A stretch of DNA of 64,000 bases from an uncultured Gemmatimonadales bacterium (GCA_963798845.1 CAWCUS010000006.1:320001-384000), one strand, 5' to 3'; shown: positions 19,381 through 29,525, counted from the stretch's first letter. Notes: generated by a model from the sequence alone, not told the origin. Translations and numbers: made by a program.

Positions 19381-22300
19381 TCAGCCGTCCGTGATCGACT
19401 CCAGCTCCGCCTTAAGCTCGGTAAGCTCGCGGCGCAGCGCTCGGTACCGCCCGGCCGCCTCGTTCCCCGGGTCCTGCGCCGTGCCCGTGATGCTTCCGTA
19501 GAGGTACTGGATCTGCTCGACCAGCATCGGCTGCGGATAGGCAATGCCCTCGTGTTCCGTGAGGCGGGAGTGGATGCCGCGGAGGCGATCCAGCCGCCCG
19601 GACGACGACCGGGCTGCGGCGCCGCCGCTTTCACCGGCCCCTTCCGCCTTTTCGATCTCCCGGTCGACGGTCGCCAGCGTACGACGGGATTCGCTGAGAA
19701 GGTCCCGGACCTGGAGGGCGAGAGCCTCCTGGCGACGCAACGCCGCTGCGCTCACCCCTGCCGCGTCGGTCCGGGGGTCCATGACGACGGTCAGGGGCCG
19801 GGTGGCCGACCAGTCGCCGGTGCGGACGCGCACGGCGTACTCGCCAGGCGCCAGAGCAGGCCCGGACGCACCGCCCCAGCCGGCGCTCTCGGCCGTGGGA
19901 TCGCGCCAGGGCCCTGCGTGCTCTAGCGGGATAGTGGCCCGCGTGTGGCCGGCCTTCGACGGCACGGCGGGTCCGCCACGCGGCTGCGGGGCTTCGGTCT
20001 CTTCCTCTTCGCCGACCTGGCGCTGCCGGCTCGGCTGTGGCCAGCGATTGATGACCGCTCCCGCGCTGTCCAGCAGCTCGATGACGACCGGCTCTTTCGG
20101 CTGGTCCGAAAGCACCCAGTCGAGCACGGCCCCGGGCTCCCCGTATTGCGGCATCACCGCGTCGCGCTCGCCACGGCTCCGCCAGGTGGCGAGCACCGCC
20201 TCGGCCGGGTCGAAAAGGTAGCCGGGCGCGCGGGCGATGTCGGCGCGGAGGCCGCGCAGCGGAACCACGTCCCTCATCACCCAGAACCCACGTCCCATGG
20301 TGGAGATCGCGACGTCTCCGCCCTCGAGCGCGATGTCCGTCACCGGCACCGCGGGGAGGTTCAGCTCGAGAGGCTGCCAGTGGGCGCCATCGTCGAACGA
20401 CGCGAACACCCCGAAGTCGCTGCCCGCGTAGAGCAGTCCGGTCCGCACCGGGTCCTCGCGAACCACGCGCACCGGGTAGTCCGCCGGGATGCCATTGCTG
20501 CCGGAGGTCAGGAGCGTCCACGTCCTCCCGTAATCGCGGGTCCGATAAACCAGCGGACGCCAGTCGTCGAGCATGAACCGCACGACGGAGAAGATCGCGC
20601 TGGCGGCATCGCGCGTGGATGCATCGATCGACTGAACTCGCCCGCCGGACGCGAGCCCGGCCGGTGTCACATCCGTCCACGTCGTCCCGCCGTCACGCGT
20701 GACGTGGAAGCGCCCGTCGTAGGATCCGGTCCAGATCACCCCCGCCCGAACGGGGCTCTCCTCGATGGCGTACAGGGTCGAGTAGACCTCTTCGCCCGTG
20801 ATGTCCCTCGTGATCGGCTCCCCGGCGATCCCCTGGGTCCCTGGCGGCGTGGCCGTCAGGTCGGGACTGATCCGCTCCCACGTAATCCCGCCGTCCCGCG
20901 TCCGGTGCACGTACTGCGAGCCATGATAGACGGTGTTGGGATCGTGCGGACTGACTTCCACCGCGGTGACGCGCTGGAATCGGTAGGGGAGATCGCGCGG
21001 GGCGGTGCCGTACATGTTCACCGCGCCCACCGCGTGCTCCCGCGCCGCCCCCGTTCGCCAGTCCCAGACCATGAAGCGGCCCTTGCACGCCGCGTACACC
21101 ACGTCCCGGTCGCCGGGCTTCGGAACGGCCGGTCCGGTCTCGCAGGTCCCGCCCCCGAAGCTGGCCTCGTCGGGCCCCGCGGCGGTGGGGCGCGTGGGCA
21201 CGCCTACGATCTCGCGGTCCTGCTGCCCGCCCCAGACCCAGTACGGATAACGATCCTCGATCGCGATCTGGTAGATCTCGGCGGTCGGCTGGTTCAGCTG
21301 CGACGACCAGGTCCGCCCTCCGTCGCGGCTCACGTTTGCGCCGCCGTCGTTTCCCTGGACCATGAGCAACGGGTCGTCCGGGTCCATCCGAATGTCGTGA
21401 TTGTCCCCGTGCGGCGTGGTCATCCGTGCCCAGGTACGGCCCCCATCACTGGACCGGTAGAGACCCTCGTCGTTCACCCACACCACGTCGGGATCCGTAG
21501 GATCGACGTCCACGTTGGTGTAGTAGAACGGCCGGGCCAGCAGGCGCCCATCGGAGGAGACCTGCGTCCACGACGCGCCCCCGTCGTCGCTCCGGTACAG
21601 GCCGTCCTTCGGCTCCGGGGCCTCGATCAGGGCGTAGACGATGCGCGGGTCGGAGCGCGCCAGGGCCAGGTCGATCTTGCCGAACAGCTCTCCCTCCCCG
21701 GTCGGGAGGCCCCCGGCGAGCCGCGTCCAGCTGTCGCCGCCATCGGTCGACTTGTAGATCCCGCCTTCGCGCGCACCGCTGATGATCGTCCAGGGCTTGC
21801 GCTCCGCGCGCCAGCTGGCCGCGTACAGGACGTCCGGATCCGACGGATCGATCTCCACGTCCACGATCCCGGTGCTGTCGCTCACGAACAGCACCTTCTC
21901 CCAGTTCTCGCCGCCGTCCCGGGTCCTGTAAAGTCCGCGCTCCGGGTTGGCGCCGAACGGGTGACCGATGGCGGCCACGAACGCCACGTTCGCGTCCCGG
22001 GGGTCCACCTCCACCGCCCCCGCGTTTCCCACGTCGCGGAGCCCGAGGAAGCGCCAGCTCTTGCCGCCATCCGTAGAGCGGTACGCCCCCAGCCCCGTGA
22101 TGACGTTGCTGCGCAGCCCGTCGCTGCCCGTGGCGACCCAGATCACGTCAGGGTCCGAGGGCGCCACCCGCACCGCGCCGATCGAGGGCGTCTCCAGCCA
22201 GCCGTCGCTCAGGTTCTCCCAGCTGCGGCCGTAGTCCGTGGTGCGCCAGACCCCGCTCCCCGAACCGCCGAAGTAGTAGGTCCCGGGATGCCCGCGCACC

Positions 22301-22581
22301 CCGGTGACTGCCGTGACCCGACCTCCCCGCGCGGGTCCCACCCAATCCCACCCAAGGCCGGAGAAGAGCGCCGGGTCGTACACGACGTTCGCAGGATCCG
22401 GGGTCCTCCGCTCCGCCAGCGTCGTCGCCGGCAGCACGCCGGCTTCCCCGCGTGCCGCGAGCGGCGGCTGCTCGAGGGGCTCGCGAGCGGGAGCCGACGC
22501 ACATGCCCCGAGCCCGGCGAGGCTCAGGGCCGCGGCGATGGTGAGCGCGCTGCGGGACGAAGAGACCGTTGTCGTCGTCAT
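19381..22581 (-). CDS. VPS10/BNR (Asp-box) repeat glycosyl hydrolase-like lipoprotein
   Basis: GPARGGRVTAV, many S/T-x-D-G-G-x-S/T-W Asp boxes, HGDNH, NDGG; LGAC lipobox. Confidence 0.88.
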   Translation of the reverse strand: MTTTTVSSSRSALTIAAALSLAGLGACASAPAREPLEQPPLAARGEAGVLPATTLAERRTPDPANVVYDPALFSGLGWDWVGPARGGRVTAVTGVRGHPGTYYFGGSGSGVWRTTDYGRSWENLSDGWLETPSIGAVRVAPSDPDVIWVATGSDGLRSNVITGLGAYRSTDGGKSWRFLGLRDVGNAGAVEVDPRDANVAFVAAIGHPFGANPERGLYRTRDGGENWEKVLFVSDSTGIVDVEIDPSDPDVLYAASWRAERKPWTIISGAREGGIYKSTDGGDSWTRLAGGLPTGEGELFGKIDLALARSDPRIVYALIEAPEPKDGLYRSDDGGASWTQVSSDGRLLARPFYYTNVDVDPTDPDVVWVNDEGLYRSSDGGRTWARMTTPHGDNHDIRMDPDDPLLMVQGNDGGANVSRDGGRTWSSQLNQPTAEIYQIAIEDRYPYWVWGGQQDREIVGVPTRPTAAGPDEASFGGGTCETGPAVPKPGDRDVVYAACKGRFMVWDWRTGAAREHAVGAVNMYGTAPRDLPYRFQRVTAVEVSPHDPNTVYHGSQYVHRTRDGGITWERISPDLTATPPGTQGIAGEPITRDITGEEVYSTLYAIEESPVRAGVIWTGSYDGRFHVTRDGGTTWTDVTPAGLASGGRVQSIDASTRDAASAIFSVVRFMLDDWRPLVYRTRDYGRTWTLLTSGSNGIPADYPVRVVREDPVRTGLLYAGSDFGVFASFDDGAHWQPLELNLPAVPVTDIALEGGDVAISTMGRGFWVMRDVVPLRGLRADIARAPGYLFDPAEAVLATWRSRGERDAVMPQYGEPGAVLDWVLSDQPKEPVVIELLDSAGAVINRWPQPSRQRQVGEEEETEAPQPRGGPAVPSKAGHTRATIPLEHAGPWRDPTAESAGWGGASGPALAPGEYAVRVRTGDWSATRPLTVVMDPRTDAAGVSAAALRRQEALALQVRDLLSESRRTLATVDREIEKAEGAGESGGAAARSSSGRLDRLRGIHSRLTEHEGIAYPQPMLVEQIQYLYGSITGTAQDPGNEAAGRYRALRRELTELKAELESITDG

Positions 22582-22681
22582 GATCGTGTGGAACGGGTCC
22601 GTGGCTGCGGGCAGGGGCGGTAAGATGGGCCGGCGGTGCGGGAGTGGCCAGGGGTCGCCTTCCGCCGCTAGCTTCCTCGCC

Positions 22682-23074
22682 ATGGTCTACCCCGACAGGA
22701 TTTACGGCGAGCGCGTTCGACGCTTCAGCCAGCGCATCGAGACCGTCCTCTACGACGCTTACCGTCGCATGGACGCGGACCGCGAGGAGCGCGGGATGGA
22801 GCCGCCTCGACCGGGCGAGGTTCAGCTCTTCTCGTGGCCGCAGGAGTGGCCGGACTGGTCGTGCGGCTTCGGTGGCGACGCTCGTCAGGAGCTGTGCATC
22901 GACCAGACGCACGTCGTCACCGACGACGGGGCCCGCGTCGCCTACGTGTACCACGCGGCCAGGTTCGTCCGGCGGCTCGAGAACCCGGGGCGCGCCTTCT
23001 GGGTGGCCGTCCGGCAGCACGAGCTTCCCGGTGCCACGGACGAGACCGCGTGGCGGCGGCTGGAGGAGGACTGA
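22682..23074 (+). CDS. Hypothetical protein
   Basis: ATG 22682; MVYPDRIYGERV...WPQEWPDWSCGFGG; host-like codon use. Confidence 0.7.
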   Translation: MVYPDRIYGERVRRFSQRIETVLYDAYRRMDADREERGMEPPRPGEVQLFSWPQEWPDWSCGFGGDARQELCIDQTHVVTDDGARVAYVYHAARFVRRLENPGRAFWVAVRQHELPGATDETAWRRLEED

Positions 23075-23080
23075 GGCCGG

Positions 23081-23836
23081 TTAGCTGTGGTGCCCGGCCC
23101 CTCGACCGAACCGGGGCAGGATCAGGCCCGTGCGTGCCCGCCAGGCCGGGTACTCGGGGTAGCGGCTCAGGCTGGCCTCGATCGAGAGCATGTTCGGGAA
23201 GAAATAGAGCGCCCACACCACCGCCAGGACCACCCAGGGCAGCCAGTGGTCCACGATCACCGCATAGCTCCCGTACACCAGCATCTCGCCCAGGTAGTTC
23301 GGGTGCCGGATCCGGCGGTAGAGCCCCGACGTGATCAGCCCCGGGCGTTCCGCGTCCCGCTCGCGGCCGCGCCGGAGCATCACGTGTTTCTCCGTGTCCG
23401 CCGCCACCATGAGCGCCACGCCAATGGTGTGCACCGCCACGGCCAGGGCGAGACCCCATGCCGGCGCAGGCGTCCAGCCCACACCTGGCGGGCCGGCGAT
23501 GAGGATCACCGGCGCGATCCAGTAGAGCGAGAGGAAGGCCAGGGCCGCCATCGCCGCGGGCACGCCCACGGACCTCTGCCACCGGCGGTCGGGCAGCGTC
23601 ACGTCCTTGAGCACCCAGACCATCCCGTACGAGCCGTGCAGCGCGAGGTACACCCACGCCGGCGCCGAGTAGTTGCCGTACATCACCATGAGCGCCAGGA
23701 CGAATGGCCCGGTAGCGGCCTTGTGGGCGTCGATCGCCACGTTCAGCGGGATCCTCCCGCCTGGCACCGGTCGCATCACGCGCTCCGCCCAGCGATGCAG
23801 TGCCGCCGCCCACCGCGGCATGGCGTCCACGTTCAC
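23081..23836 (-). CDS. DUF1295 / isoprenylcysteine methyltransferase-steroid reductase-like membrane protein
   Basis: YLALHGSYG..W..KD, ADTEK, GLITSGLYRRIRHPNYLGEMLVY; AAGGAG RBS before GTG 23836. Confidence 0.82.
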   Translation of the reverse strand: MNVDAMPRWAAALHRWAERVMRPVPGGRIPLNVAIDAHKAATGPFVLALMVMYGNYSAPAWVYLALHGSYGMVWVLKDVTLPDRRWQRSVGVPAAMAALAFLSLYWIAPVILIAGPPGVGWTPAPAWGLALAVAVHTIGVALMVAADTEKHVMLRRGRERDAERPGLITSGLYRRIRHPNYLGEMLVYGSYAVIVDHWLPWVVLAVVWALYFFPNMLSIEASLSRYPEYPAWRARTGLILPRFGRGAGHHS

Positions 23837-24053
23837 GCGGCGCTCCTTGTCTGGACGTATGGCGTCGGCTGCGACGTCGCGATCGCCCTCCCACGTTGTG
23901 CCCGGGGCATCTTCGCGTCCGGCCCGCCGTCCGCGGTGTGGCCTTCCGGTCCGGTCATCGTCGCTTACCCCGCTCCGGCGGACGCGGCGCAGACGCGCGC
24001 CCATCGACCGCGGGTTTCCCCGCCCGGTTCCGCAGGCGTCCGGCGGCCGCGGT

Positions 24054-24461
24054 TCAGGCGTCGCCGCCCGTCGGCGGGCCCCCGGGCGTGTCGGCGTCCG
24101 CGGCCGGGTCGGGTTCCGGAGCGGGGCTGGGGAGCGCAGCCGTGATCTCACTGCGGTTCTGCCGGGCGGCGCGCTCCTCCAGATCCCTGCGCAGGTCGGT
24201 GATCTTGGACTGGATCCGGTCCAGGACCGCGTCCAGCCGTGGCTGCGCGTCGGCCAGGAGGCGGCCGACCTTCGGCTTCACGTCGTCGACGGCACTCTCG
24301 ACGCGTGGTCGGAGCTCCGCCATGGCGGCATCGACCCGGGCGTCCAGCTGGTCGAAGGCACGCTTGAGCCGCGGCCTCGCTTCCTCGATGGCGGCTTCGA
24401 TCCTGGCCTCCAGGTCTGTCAGGGCGTCCTTCCTCGGTCCCTTCTCCTTCTGCTCGTCCAC
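24054..24461 (-). CDS. Hypothetical protein with 11-residue amphipathic repeats (apolipoprotein-like)
   Basis: IEAAIEEARPR/LKRAFDQLDAR/VDAAMAELRPR/VESAVDDVKPK/VGRLLADAQPR/LDAVLDRIQSK; GGAGG RBS before GTG. Confidence 0.72.
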   Translation of the reverse strand: MDEQKEKGPRKDALTDLEARIEAAIEEARPRLKRAFDQLDARVDAAMAELRPRVESAVDDVKPKVGRLLADAQPRLDAVLDRIQSKITDLRRDLEERAARQNRSEITAALPSPAPEPDPAADADTPGGPPTGGDA

Positions 24462-24610
24462 GGGTGCCTCCCTGGCGGTCTCGCTGGTGGATGTCTGCTC
24501 TGGCGTCTCGTGTCCCTACGGCCGGCCCTCCGCCCGGTTTCGCACCGCTGCCATGGCTCTTGCAGGGGCGCACTGCGACCGTCGCCCAGATCGCCATGCA
24601 CGCCAGGACT

Positions 24611-25108
24611 ATGGACCTGCTCACGATTTGCGAATCCGTCAAGGCCCGGGCCTCCGACATTGCCGCCGACATCATCGACCGCTGGGATGGCATCAGCGTT
24701 TCCGAGCCCTGGCTCGAGCTGCCGGAGCAGCTCAACCACGACCACCTTCCCGAGCTGGTCCTGCGCCTGGGGGCCGCTTCGCTCTGCACCGACTTCGACC
24801 GCGATCTCTGCCGTGAGGTCATGCACACCGCGGCGAAACACGGTGAACGGCGGCGCACAGAAGGATACGGCGAATCGCTCGTTCACCGTGAGTACCATCT
24901 CCTGCGGCGGACGCTGGCCGAGCGCATCAAGCGAGAGTACGGTGAGACGTCGACGGTCTTTCTCGCAATGATGCGGATGGACGCACTGACCACTCTGGCG
25001 ATCGCGGCGGCCCTCCACGGGTTCCATCGCAGCGACCTCGCCGAGCGCGGGGTCTGGCCCGACGTCATCGACAGACTGCTGGACGAGTGGCCCCTTCCGC
25101 GGGGTTGA
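24611..25108 (+). CDS. Hypothetical all-helical protein (RsbRD_N/globin-like sensory domain resemblance)
   Basis: DHLPELV...AAKHGERRRTEGY...LVHREYHLLRR pattern. Confidence 0.6.
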   Translation: MDLLTICESVKARASDIAADIIDRWDGISVSEPWLELPEQLNHDHLPELVLRLGAASLCTDFDRDLCREVMHTAAKHGERRRTEGYGESLVHREYHLLRRTLAERIKREYGETSTVFLAMMRMDALTTLAIAAALHGFHRSDLAERGVWPDVIDRLLDEWPLPRG

Positions 25109-25133
25109 GTACCGGGGGCGGCCGACCGCAGCG

Positions 25134-25688
25134 TCAGGGCAGCCTGTTCAGCGCAGACCGGTAGGTCTCCAGGTCCGCTTCCGAGAAGAGGACGAAGCGG
25201 ACTTCGTCGAATCGGCCTGGCCGCGCCTCCAGTGCGCTCGCCACGGTCGCCAGGGCGACGGCGGCCGCGTCGGCCACGGGATAGCCGTACACGCCCGTGC
25301 TCACCGACGGGAAGGCGATGGTCCTGCAGCCCGCCCCCTCCGCTTCCTCGAGCGAACGCCGGTACGCCGACGCGAGCAGCTCCGCCTCGCCGCGCTCTCC
25401 GCCACTCCACCGGGGTCCGACGGTGTGGACCACATGGGCCGCGGGCAGTGACCCGGCAGTGGTGACGACGGCCTCTCCGGTCGGCAGGCCGTCTGGATAG
25501 CGATCCTGGCGAAGCTGCCGGCACGCCTGCAGGATAGCGGGGCCTCCATGCCGGTGGATCGCGCCGTCCACACCGCCACCGCCCATGAGCGACGAGTTGG
25601 CCGCGTTGACCACCGCGTCCACGGCCTGGTCGGTGATGTCCCCCCGGACCAGCCGAAGCGTGCCCCCTCGGAAGACCCGGGAGATCAT
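25134..25688 (-). CDS. Macro domain O-acetyl-ADP-ribose deacetylase (YmdB-like)
   Basis: GDIT...DAVVNAANSSLMGGGGVDGAIH, HTVGP, AFPSVSTGVYGYP. Confidence 0.93.
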   Translation of the reverse strand: MISRVFRGGTLRLVRGDITDQAVDAVVNAANSSLMGGGGVDGAIHRHGGPAILQACRQLRQDRYPDGLPTGEAVVTTAGSLPAAHVVHTVGPRWSGGERGEAELLASAYRRSLEEAEGAGCRTIAFPSVSTGVYGYPVADAAAVALATVASALEARPGRFDEVRFVLFSEADLETYRSALNRLP

Positions 25689-26371
25689 CTTCGCCTCCGA
25701 ATGCGGGTACGTGTCAGCGCCCTGGGCGTGCACCCCACCCGCTCCGCCACGGACCGCCACGCCGGACCGTGGCCGCGGTGGCCGTGCCGCAGCCACGCTT
25801 CCGCGTGCGCCATCTCGTGCAGCATGGTGTCCTCGAGCGCGGCGCGGTTGTGCGGGATGAGCAGGTCGGCGGACAACGCGATCTCCCGGACTCGCCGCCG
25901 GCCTCCCACGCTGTCGTAGGAGATCGTTCCCAGCGTACGGGTCATGCGCCCGCTCAGGCGGATTGGAATGACAGGAAGACTGCCGTCGAAGCGGGTCCGG
26001 TTGAACCGGTCGAAGAGCGCACGCACGGGCGCCGTGCACTCGGCGTCGCGACTCGGCCGCCGACGCGGCCGCGTCCGTCTCGCCACGCGCAGGCCCCGCT
26101 TCGCCCCTTCCCAGTTCCGGATCAGGTCCAGCGCCGCACGGTATTCCACCGACCGCCGCGGCGCAGACACGAACGTCGTGATGGCCCGGACCACATTGGG
26201 CGGGGCCTCGCGGAAGCAGGCGTGGGTGTTCAGCGTCCGGCCGTCGCGGGAAATGGACAGGAGCACGGCCCGGTTCTCCCGGTACCGCACCTCCTCTATC
26301 TTCGACCCGCGAGCCTTCAGCGCCCGGAGCACGGGGTCGCGTGAGGGTTCAGAGATCATGACGCTCAACAT
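25685..26371 (-). CDS. SprT-like zinc metalloprotease domain protein
   Basis: FNRTRFDGSLP, SGRMTRTLG, TMLHEMAH, GHGPAW; start 26371 or 26359. Confidence 0.88.
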   Translation of the reverse strand: MLSVMISEPSRDPVLRALKARGSKIEEVRYRENRAVLLSISRDGRTLNTHACFREAPPNVVRAITTFVSAPRRSVEYRAALDLIRNWEGAKRGLRVARRTRPRRRPSRDAECTAPVRALFDRFNRTRFDGSLPVIPIRLSGRMTRTLGTISYDSVGGRRRVREIALSADLLIPHNRAALEDTMLHEMAHAEAWLRHGHRGHGPAWRSVAERVGCTPRALTRTRIRRRR

Positions 26372-26482
26372 AGCCGTGGACGAAGCAGCCGGGCCACCTG
26401 GTCGGACGCAGGTTGCCGGTGTTCCCCCGGCGGCTTACGCTCAAGCGCTTCAGCGCGCTGGCTCACAACGTGGAAGGATTTG

Positions 26483-27253
26483 ATGACGCCCTGGGTGCTC
26501 CGGCTCTTGATCGCCAACATCGCGGCGTTCCTGCTGGCTCCGCCCGGGTCTGTTCAGTACCACCTGCTCATGTTCATCCCCATGGCGGTGCTGCAGCGGC
26601 CCTGGTCGCCGCTCACCTACATGTTCCTCCACGCCAACGTCACACACATCCTCTTCAACATGCTCGGGCTCTACTTCTTCGGACCACGGCTCGAGCAGCG
26701 GATCGGCTCACGCGCTTTCATCTTCCTCTACCTGGTCTCCGGGCTTTCCGGCGCGGCGCTCTCCTACGTCTTCGCCTTCAACGCCGCCATCATCGGGGCG
26801 TCGGCCGCCGTTTTCGGCGTCCTTTACGGATTCGCTCACTATTGGCCCGAGGACCGGATCTACCTCTGGTTCGTCCTGCCCGTTCCCGCCCGGCTCCTCA
26901 TCCTTGGGCTCGTCGCCATCTCTCTCTTCAGCGGGTTCACGGGCAGCGGCGGCGGGATCGCGCACTTCGCCCACCTGGGCGGTTTCGCCGGCGGCTTCAT
27001 TTACCTGAAGCTGCGCGAGCGCCGATCGGGCGCGTTCCGTCGAGAAGCGACGCCGGGTGCCGAGCCGTCTGCCATTGAGCGACTGTCGGGGAAGGCGGCT
27101 CGAGACGAGAAGCGGTGGGAAACGATCGACACCTCGCGCCTGCACGAGATCAACCGTGTGGAGGTGGAGCGGATCCGCGAGAAGGTACGCGAGCACGGAG
27201 CCGGCAGCCTCACGCCCGACGAGCGCGCGTTCATGAACCGAATGGCGAGCTGA
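26483..27253 (+). CDS. Rhomboid family intramembrane serine protease
   Basis: TYMFLH...HILFNM, IGASAAVFG, AHFAHLGG. Confidence 0.93.
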   Translation: MTPWVLRLLIANIAAFLLAPPGSVQYHLLMFIPMAVLQRPWSPLTYMFLHANVTHILFNMLGLYFFGPRLEQRIGSRAFIFLYLVSGLSGAALSYVFAFNAAIIGASAAVFGVLYGFAHYWPEDRIYLWFVLPVPARLLILGLVAISLFSGFTGSGGGIAHFAHLGGFAGGFIYLKLRERRSGAFRREATPGAEPSAIERLSGKAARDEKRWETIDTSRLHEINRVEVERIREKVREHGAGSLTPDERAFMNRMAS

Positions 27254-27311
27254 CCTGACTCTGGCAGCCTGACCTGGGCGCGCCGCGCTGCGACACGGCC
27301 TGACTCCCGCC

Positions 27312-28040
27312 CTAGTCCACCCTGCCCATCCGGCGCCGTGCTCGTTCCAGGCGCTCCGGATCTCCCATCTCCATCCACAACGCGCTCCCGATGTCGAAGG
27401 GCAGGATCCGCTCGCCCCCGCCCGCCAGGCGCAGGTACGGCCGAATGATCGAGAACGCGCCGCGCTCTTCGACGAGGTCGAGGAAGGACGGAGACACGAC
27501 GTGGATCCCGGCGAACGCCCATTCGCGGCCATCGCCGCGGAGCGGACGCGCGGTGTCCTCCGTCCCCTCACCGCGATTCACGCGCGCCTGGAGACCGTCG
27601 TCGTCGAAGCGGAGGAGCCGGCTGGACGGTCGATCGCTCACGGCCAGCGTCGCCAGCGCTCCCGAATCCACGTGCGCAGCGTACAGCGCATCCAGCGGCG
27701 CCTCCGTCACGATGTCGACGTTGTGGAGGAAGAAGGGCGAGTCGCCCCGGAACAGCGAACGGGCGCGCACCACTCCGCCACCCGTTTCGAGCGGGGCCGG
27801 GGATTCTTCCGACAGCTGGACGTCCACGCCGAACCCGTCCCGCGCTTCGACGAAGTCCCGCACCTGGCTCGCGTGATGGTGCACGTTGATGATGAGCCGA
27901 TCTGCCCCGGCCGCGACCAGCCGACGAGCGATCCGCTCCAGCATCGGCACTCCGCCCACCGTGACCAGCGCTTTCGGGACCCGGTCCGTCAGGGGCCGCA
28001 GCCGCGTGCCGAGACCCGCAGCCAGGATCATCGCATCCAC
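27312..28040 (-). CDS. murU: Nucleotidyltransferase, MurU-like (MurNAc-1-P uridylyltransferase)
   Basis: AMILAAGLGTRLRPLT...PKAL, LETGGG; coupled to AmgK-like kinase. Confidence 0.8.
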   Translation of the reverse strand: MDAMILAAGLGTRLRPLTDRVPKALVTVGGVPMLERIARRLVAAGADRLIINVHHHASQVRDFVEARDGFGVDVQLSEESPAPLETGGGVVRARSLFRGDSPFFLHNVDIVTEAPLDALYAAHVDSGALATLAVSDRPSSRLLRFDDDGLQARVNRGEGTEDTARPLRGDGREWAFAGIHVVSPSFLDLVEERGAFSIIRPYLRLAGGGERILPFDIGSALWMEMGDPERLERARRRMGRVD

Positions 28041-29525
28041 GCCTGGCCTCGCGCTTCCCGCTCGTCCGGGCCGGAGCGCGCGTCGAGCGGCGGACCGGGC
28101 CAGGAATCCCGCTCCCTGTGGCTCAGACGCACGTGCACCTGGGGAAAGCGCGTCTGCAGGTGGGCCGCGAGCCGCTCGGCCATGTACACCGACCGGTGCT
28201 GGCCGCCGGTGCAGCCGAAGGAGACGGTGAGGCTGCTGAAGCCGCGGCGAAGGTACTCCTCCACCTGGGCGTCCACCATTTGCTGGACCCCCCGCCAGAA
28301 GGCGTGGGACTCCTCTCGCGCCTCGATGTACTGGATCACCGACTCGTCCAGTCCCGACCGGTCACTGTAGCGCAGGTGACGACCGGGATTGGGCAGGGCC
28401 CGGCAGTCGAACACGAACCCGCCGCCGTGACCGCTCGAGTCCTGTGGATAGCCCCGCCTGTAGCTGAAGCTGATCACCCGTACCGTGAGTCCCGCCTCCT
28501 GCTCGTCCTCCGTGTAGCCGGCGTACCGCTCCACGATGCGCCGGAACACGGCCTCCAGCTCGGGCGTGGACACGGGAAGCCCGTCCTCCACCAGCTCGCC
28601 CAGATTGCGCGCGGCGTGCGGCACGCTCTGCAAGAAGCGCGGCTTCCGCTCATAGAACCCGCGATACCCGTACGCCCCCAGGGCCTGGAGTACCCGCACC
28701 ACCACGAACCCCTGGAAAAGCTCGCGGAAGGATGCGGCGTCCACCGCGACGTGGCCGGCAAGCGCGTCCAGATAGTGGTCGAGGAGCCGGCCCCGGACGG
28801 CCATCGGCAGGTCCGCCTTCGCGTCGTAGAGGAGCGACGCGACGTCGTAATGCAGCGCGCCTCTCCGCCCGCCCTGGAAGTCGATGAACCACGGACTCCC
28901 TTCCCGCAGCATGATATTCCGGGACTGGAAGTCCCGGTACAGGAAGTGGCTCGCGTCGGCCCGGAGCAGGAAACCCGTCAGCGCGTCGAAGTCGTGCTCG
29001 AGCAGCTGCTCGCTGAAGGGAATGTGCGCCAGCTTGAGGAAATGGTACTTGAAGTAGTTCAGATCCCAGCGGATCGACTGCTCGTCGAACGCATCGCGCG
29101 GATACGCCGCCCCGAAATCGATCCGGCGCCCGCCCTCCACCTGGAAGCGGGGAAGGTCCGTCAGCACTCGCCGGTAGATCGATTCCATCGCCGGCGGAAA
29201 TTCACCGGGGTCCCGCGCCCGTGCCTGCACCAGGGCATCGAACAGCGTGGTGTCACCGAGGTCTTCCTGCAGCCAGACCGACGCGGCCTCATCGTACCCG
29301 TACACGTCCGGCACCGGCAGTCCGGCCGCCCGGAACGTCCGGGCGAACGGAGATGAACGCCCGGTTCTCGTCGCGCTCGGGCCCGTAGGCGCCCACCGCC
29401 GTCTCCATGGCAGGCCCGATCAGCCGGTAGTAGACGCGCGTGGAGCCGTCCGCCCCCAGTTCCACTACGGAAGCGGGCTCTACTCCGAAATGTCGCTCGA
29501 AAAGCCTGAGAAGGGGACCGGTCAT
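28028..29525 (-). CDS. AmgK-like anomeric sugar kinase fused to RapZ C-terminal domain; single frameshift near 29349 (probable sequencing indel)
   Basis: GADGSTRVYYRL...ENRAF, then QEDLGD, YRDFQSRNIM, IDFQGGR, SFSY, FVFDCRALPNP, GCTGGQHRSV. Confidence 0.85.

Noticed and set aside
19945..22623. 892-aa plus-strand ORF and other long shadow ORFs (e.g. 4941-6713, 47299-49044, 58687-60558, 5' extension of 51017-53107)
   Set aside because: They lie antisense or off-frame to well-supported genes, are Arg/Pro/Gly-rich with no motifs, and are expected at this GC content.
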